From Eukaryota sp. TZLM1-RC (Eukaryota; Protista; Metamonada: BaSk clade), in assembly GCA_040285825.1 (NCBI GenBank), contig JAUPSS010000006.1:992001-1056000 (forward strand): DNA of 64,000 nt, given 5' to 3'. The notes beneath the pieces are model-generated. The model saw only the letters and a list, made by a program, of their open reading frames with translations. It made no database searches and was not told the origin of the DNA. A program made the position numbers and the translations under genes. This document shows positions 62,720 to 64,000 of the stretch, piece after piece. Position 1 is the stretch's first letter. Each line of letters opens with the position of its first letter.

Positions 62720-64000
62720 TTGTGCCAGAAATTGAAGGATCCCAGTAGAAATAAGTCCCGCCAGCACAATCCCCTTCTCAATGGAAATGAGAAATTTTTA
62801 CTTCTGAATTGAAAAATAATAAGTGGAATATTTCATCCTTCTGGAAATATTTTGCTAGAAAAAACAAAAATTGTTTTAAGAAAAAATTTGGAAATAGAAA
62901 AATTGTAAAAATCAAAAATTTGCCGTAAATTGTGCTTACGTGGTCGTTATGGTGCCGCAAAGCAGTCTTTGTTTTTCCTCTTCTTTGGCTGATGCAAACT
63001 CTGATACCCTTGAAAAACTTCAAAAGTTGCATCCTCAAGAAAATTTCAAGTGCAGCAAGCCTGAAGTGTGTCCTTTTTGGATTGAAAATCCTATTACTGC
63101 AATTGAAGTTCTTACAGCTATTCAAAAAAATTACCTAAGGGGAAAGCAGCAGGCCCATCTGGAATTTCTTTTGATCTCTTAAAAATAGCGTGTTCCAGTG
63201 TTCCCCGAAATTGCTGATGATCTAGCCCACTATTTTCAACAATTAATTGTTTTGAAAATTAATCCTCCATTTGAATTACTCATAGCACGTCTGATTGCTT
63301 TAGTAAAGCCTGGAAACGGAATCAAACCTGATGGAATACGCCCAATTGCTGTTGGTGAATCTCTTTCTCGTTTGCTAGCATCAATTGTCTTCGATCGTGT
63401 CAAAGACAAAGCTTCTACATTTTTTTGAATCCTCATCAATTTGGAATCAAAACAATTGATGGTGCTTCTGTTGCTGCTATTGCCTCTGATACCTTTTTTT
63501 AATGCAGAGGAAAATAATTTTATTTTTAATCTCGACTTTAAAAATGCTTTTAATTCTGTAAAGCGAGAAGCAATTTTTGAAGTTATTAAATCTGATTTTC
63601 CTGAGCTATCGAGTTTTTTTCTACCATTTTTATGGTAAAAGAATCAGATTTAATTTTTAATTCATTTGCTCTTAAATCATCTTCTGGAGTGAAGCAGGGA
63701 GATCCTTTAGGCCCATTATTGTTTTTGTTTAGCTATTCACAAAACTTTAAATATCATTAAGCAAAAAAATACCCTTCTATAAAAATAGTTGCTTATATGG
63801 ATGATATATCCTTGATTGGTTCATTTGATTTACTAGAATTGGTTGCTCAAGAAATTGCCGATTCATATGAAAATATTGGGCTTCATCTTAATGCCAGCAA
63901 ATGCCTTCTGATTGGCTCTTCTGCTCAAGACCTCGTGATAAACGATTCTATTGTCCCTTTTACTAATTATAGTAGTGATGCTTTTTAAGTTCCTTGGTTG
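62720..64000 (+). mobile_element. Family A element running off the window
   Basis: LQKLHP, GKAAGPSG, RPIAVGE, QGDP, YMDD. Confidence 0.9.

Noticed and set aside
27021-63439. Numerous short antisense or alternative-frame ORFs in the LINE region
   Set aside because: Shadow ORFs of repeated RT sequence; they recur only because the DNA is repeated.
24279-64000. Treating the many frameshifts as true pseudogenisation or programmed recoding
   Set aside because: Nearly all are +/-1 changes in A/T homopolymers at positions that differ between copies, typical of unpolished long-read consensus in repeats.
33000-64000. Bacterial RT systems (retron, DGR, group II intron)
   Set aside because: A-rich tails, 5' truncation, TSDs and a C-terminal zinc finger + endonuclease identify eukaryotic non-LTR elements.

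Overview
AT-rich DNA from a microbial eukaryote (a 31-nt GT-AG intron is visible; the organism cannot be named from sequence). 1-5.5 kb is host sequence: an LRR + ADP-ribosylglycohydrolase gene and a broken protein kinase. The rest is a nest of mobile DNA. (i) A 1.11-kb gag-only LTR element (142-bp TG..CA LTRs, PPT, 4-bp TSD, 251-aa CCHC Gag, no pol) occurs singly (23169-24278) and as head-to-tail arrays (8 units at 5759-13193; 3 units on the minus strand at 29649-32645). (ii) A ~9.3-kb decayed virus-like insert (13.3-22.6 kb) carries NifS-like, PD-(D/E)XK + Dam, tyrosine-recombinase-like, fibre-like and RING genes and a recurrent AAAAATGATT upstream motif; it is partly duplicated. (iii) About 33 kb of at least four CRE-like (RT + restriction-like endonuclease) non-LTR families (called A-D here) are inserted into one another with readable TSDs. 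Main finding: 9 of the 12 gag units lack exactly a 52-nt GT..AG segment spanning the LTR 3' end and putative PBS up to the ATG. The arrays therefore look built from spliced RNA, and the 911-nt unit is what a back-spliced circular RNA copied by rolling-circle reverse transcription would give. Most frameshifts fall in homopolymers and may be sequencing error, so intactness and copy number need raw-read confirmation. Coordinates of fragmentary elements are approximate.
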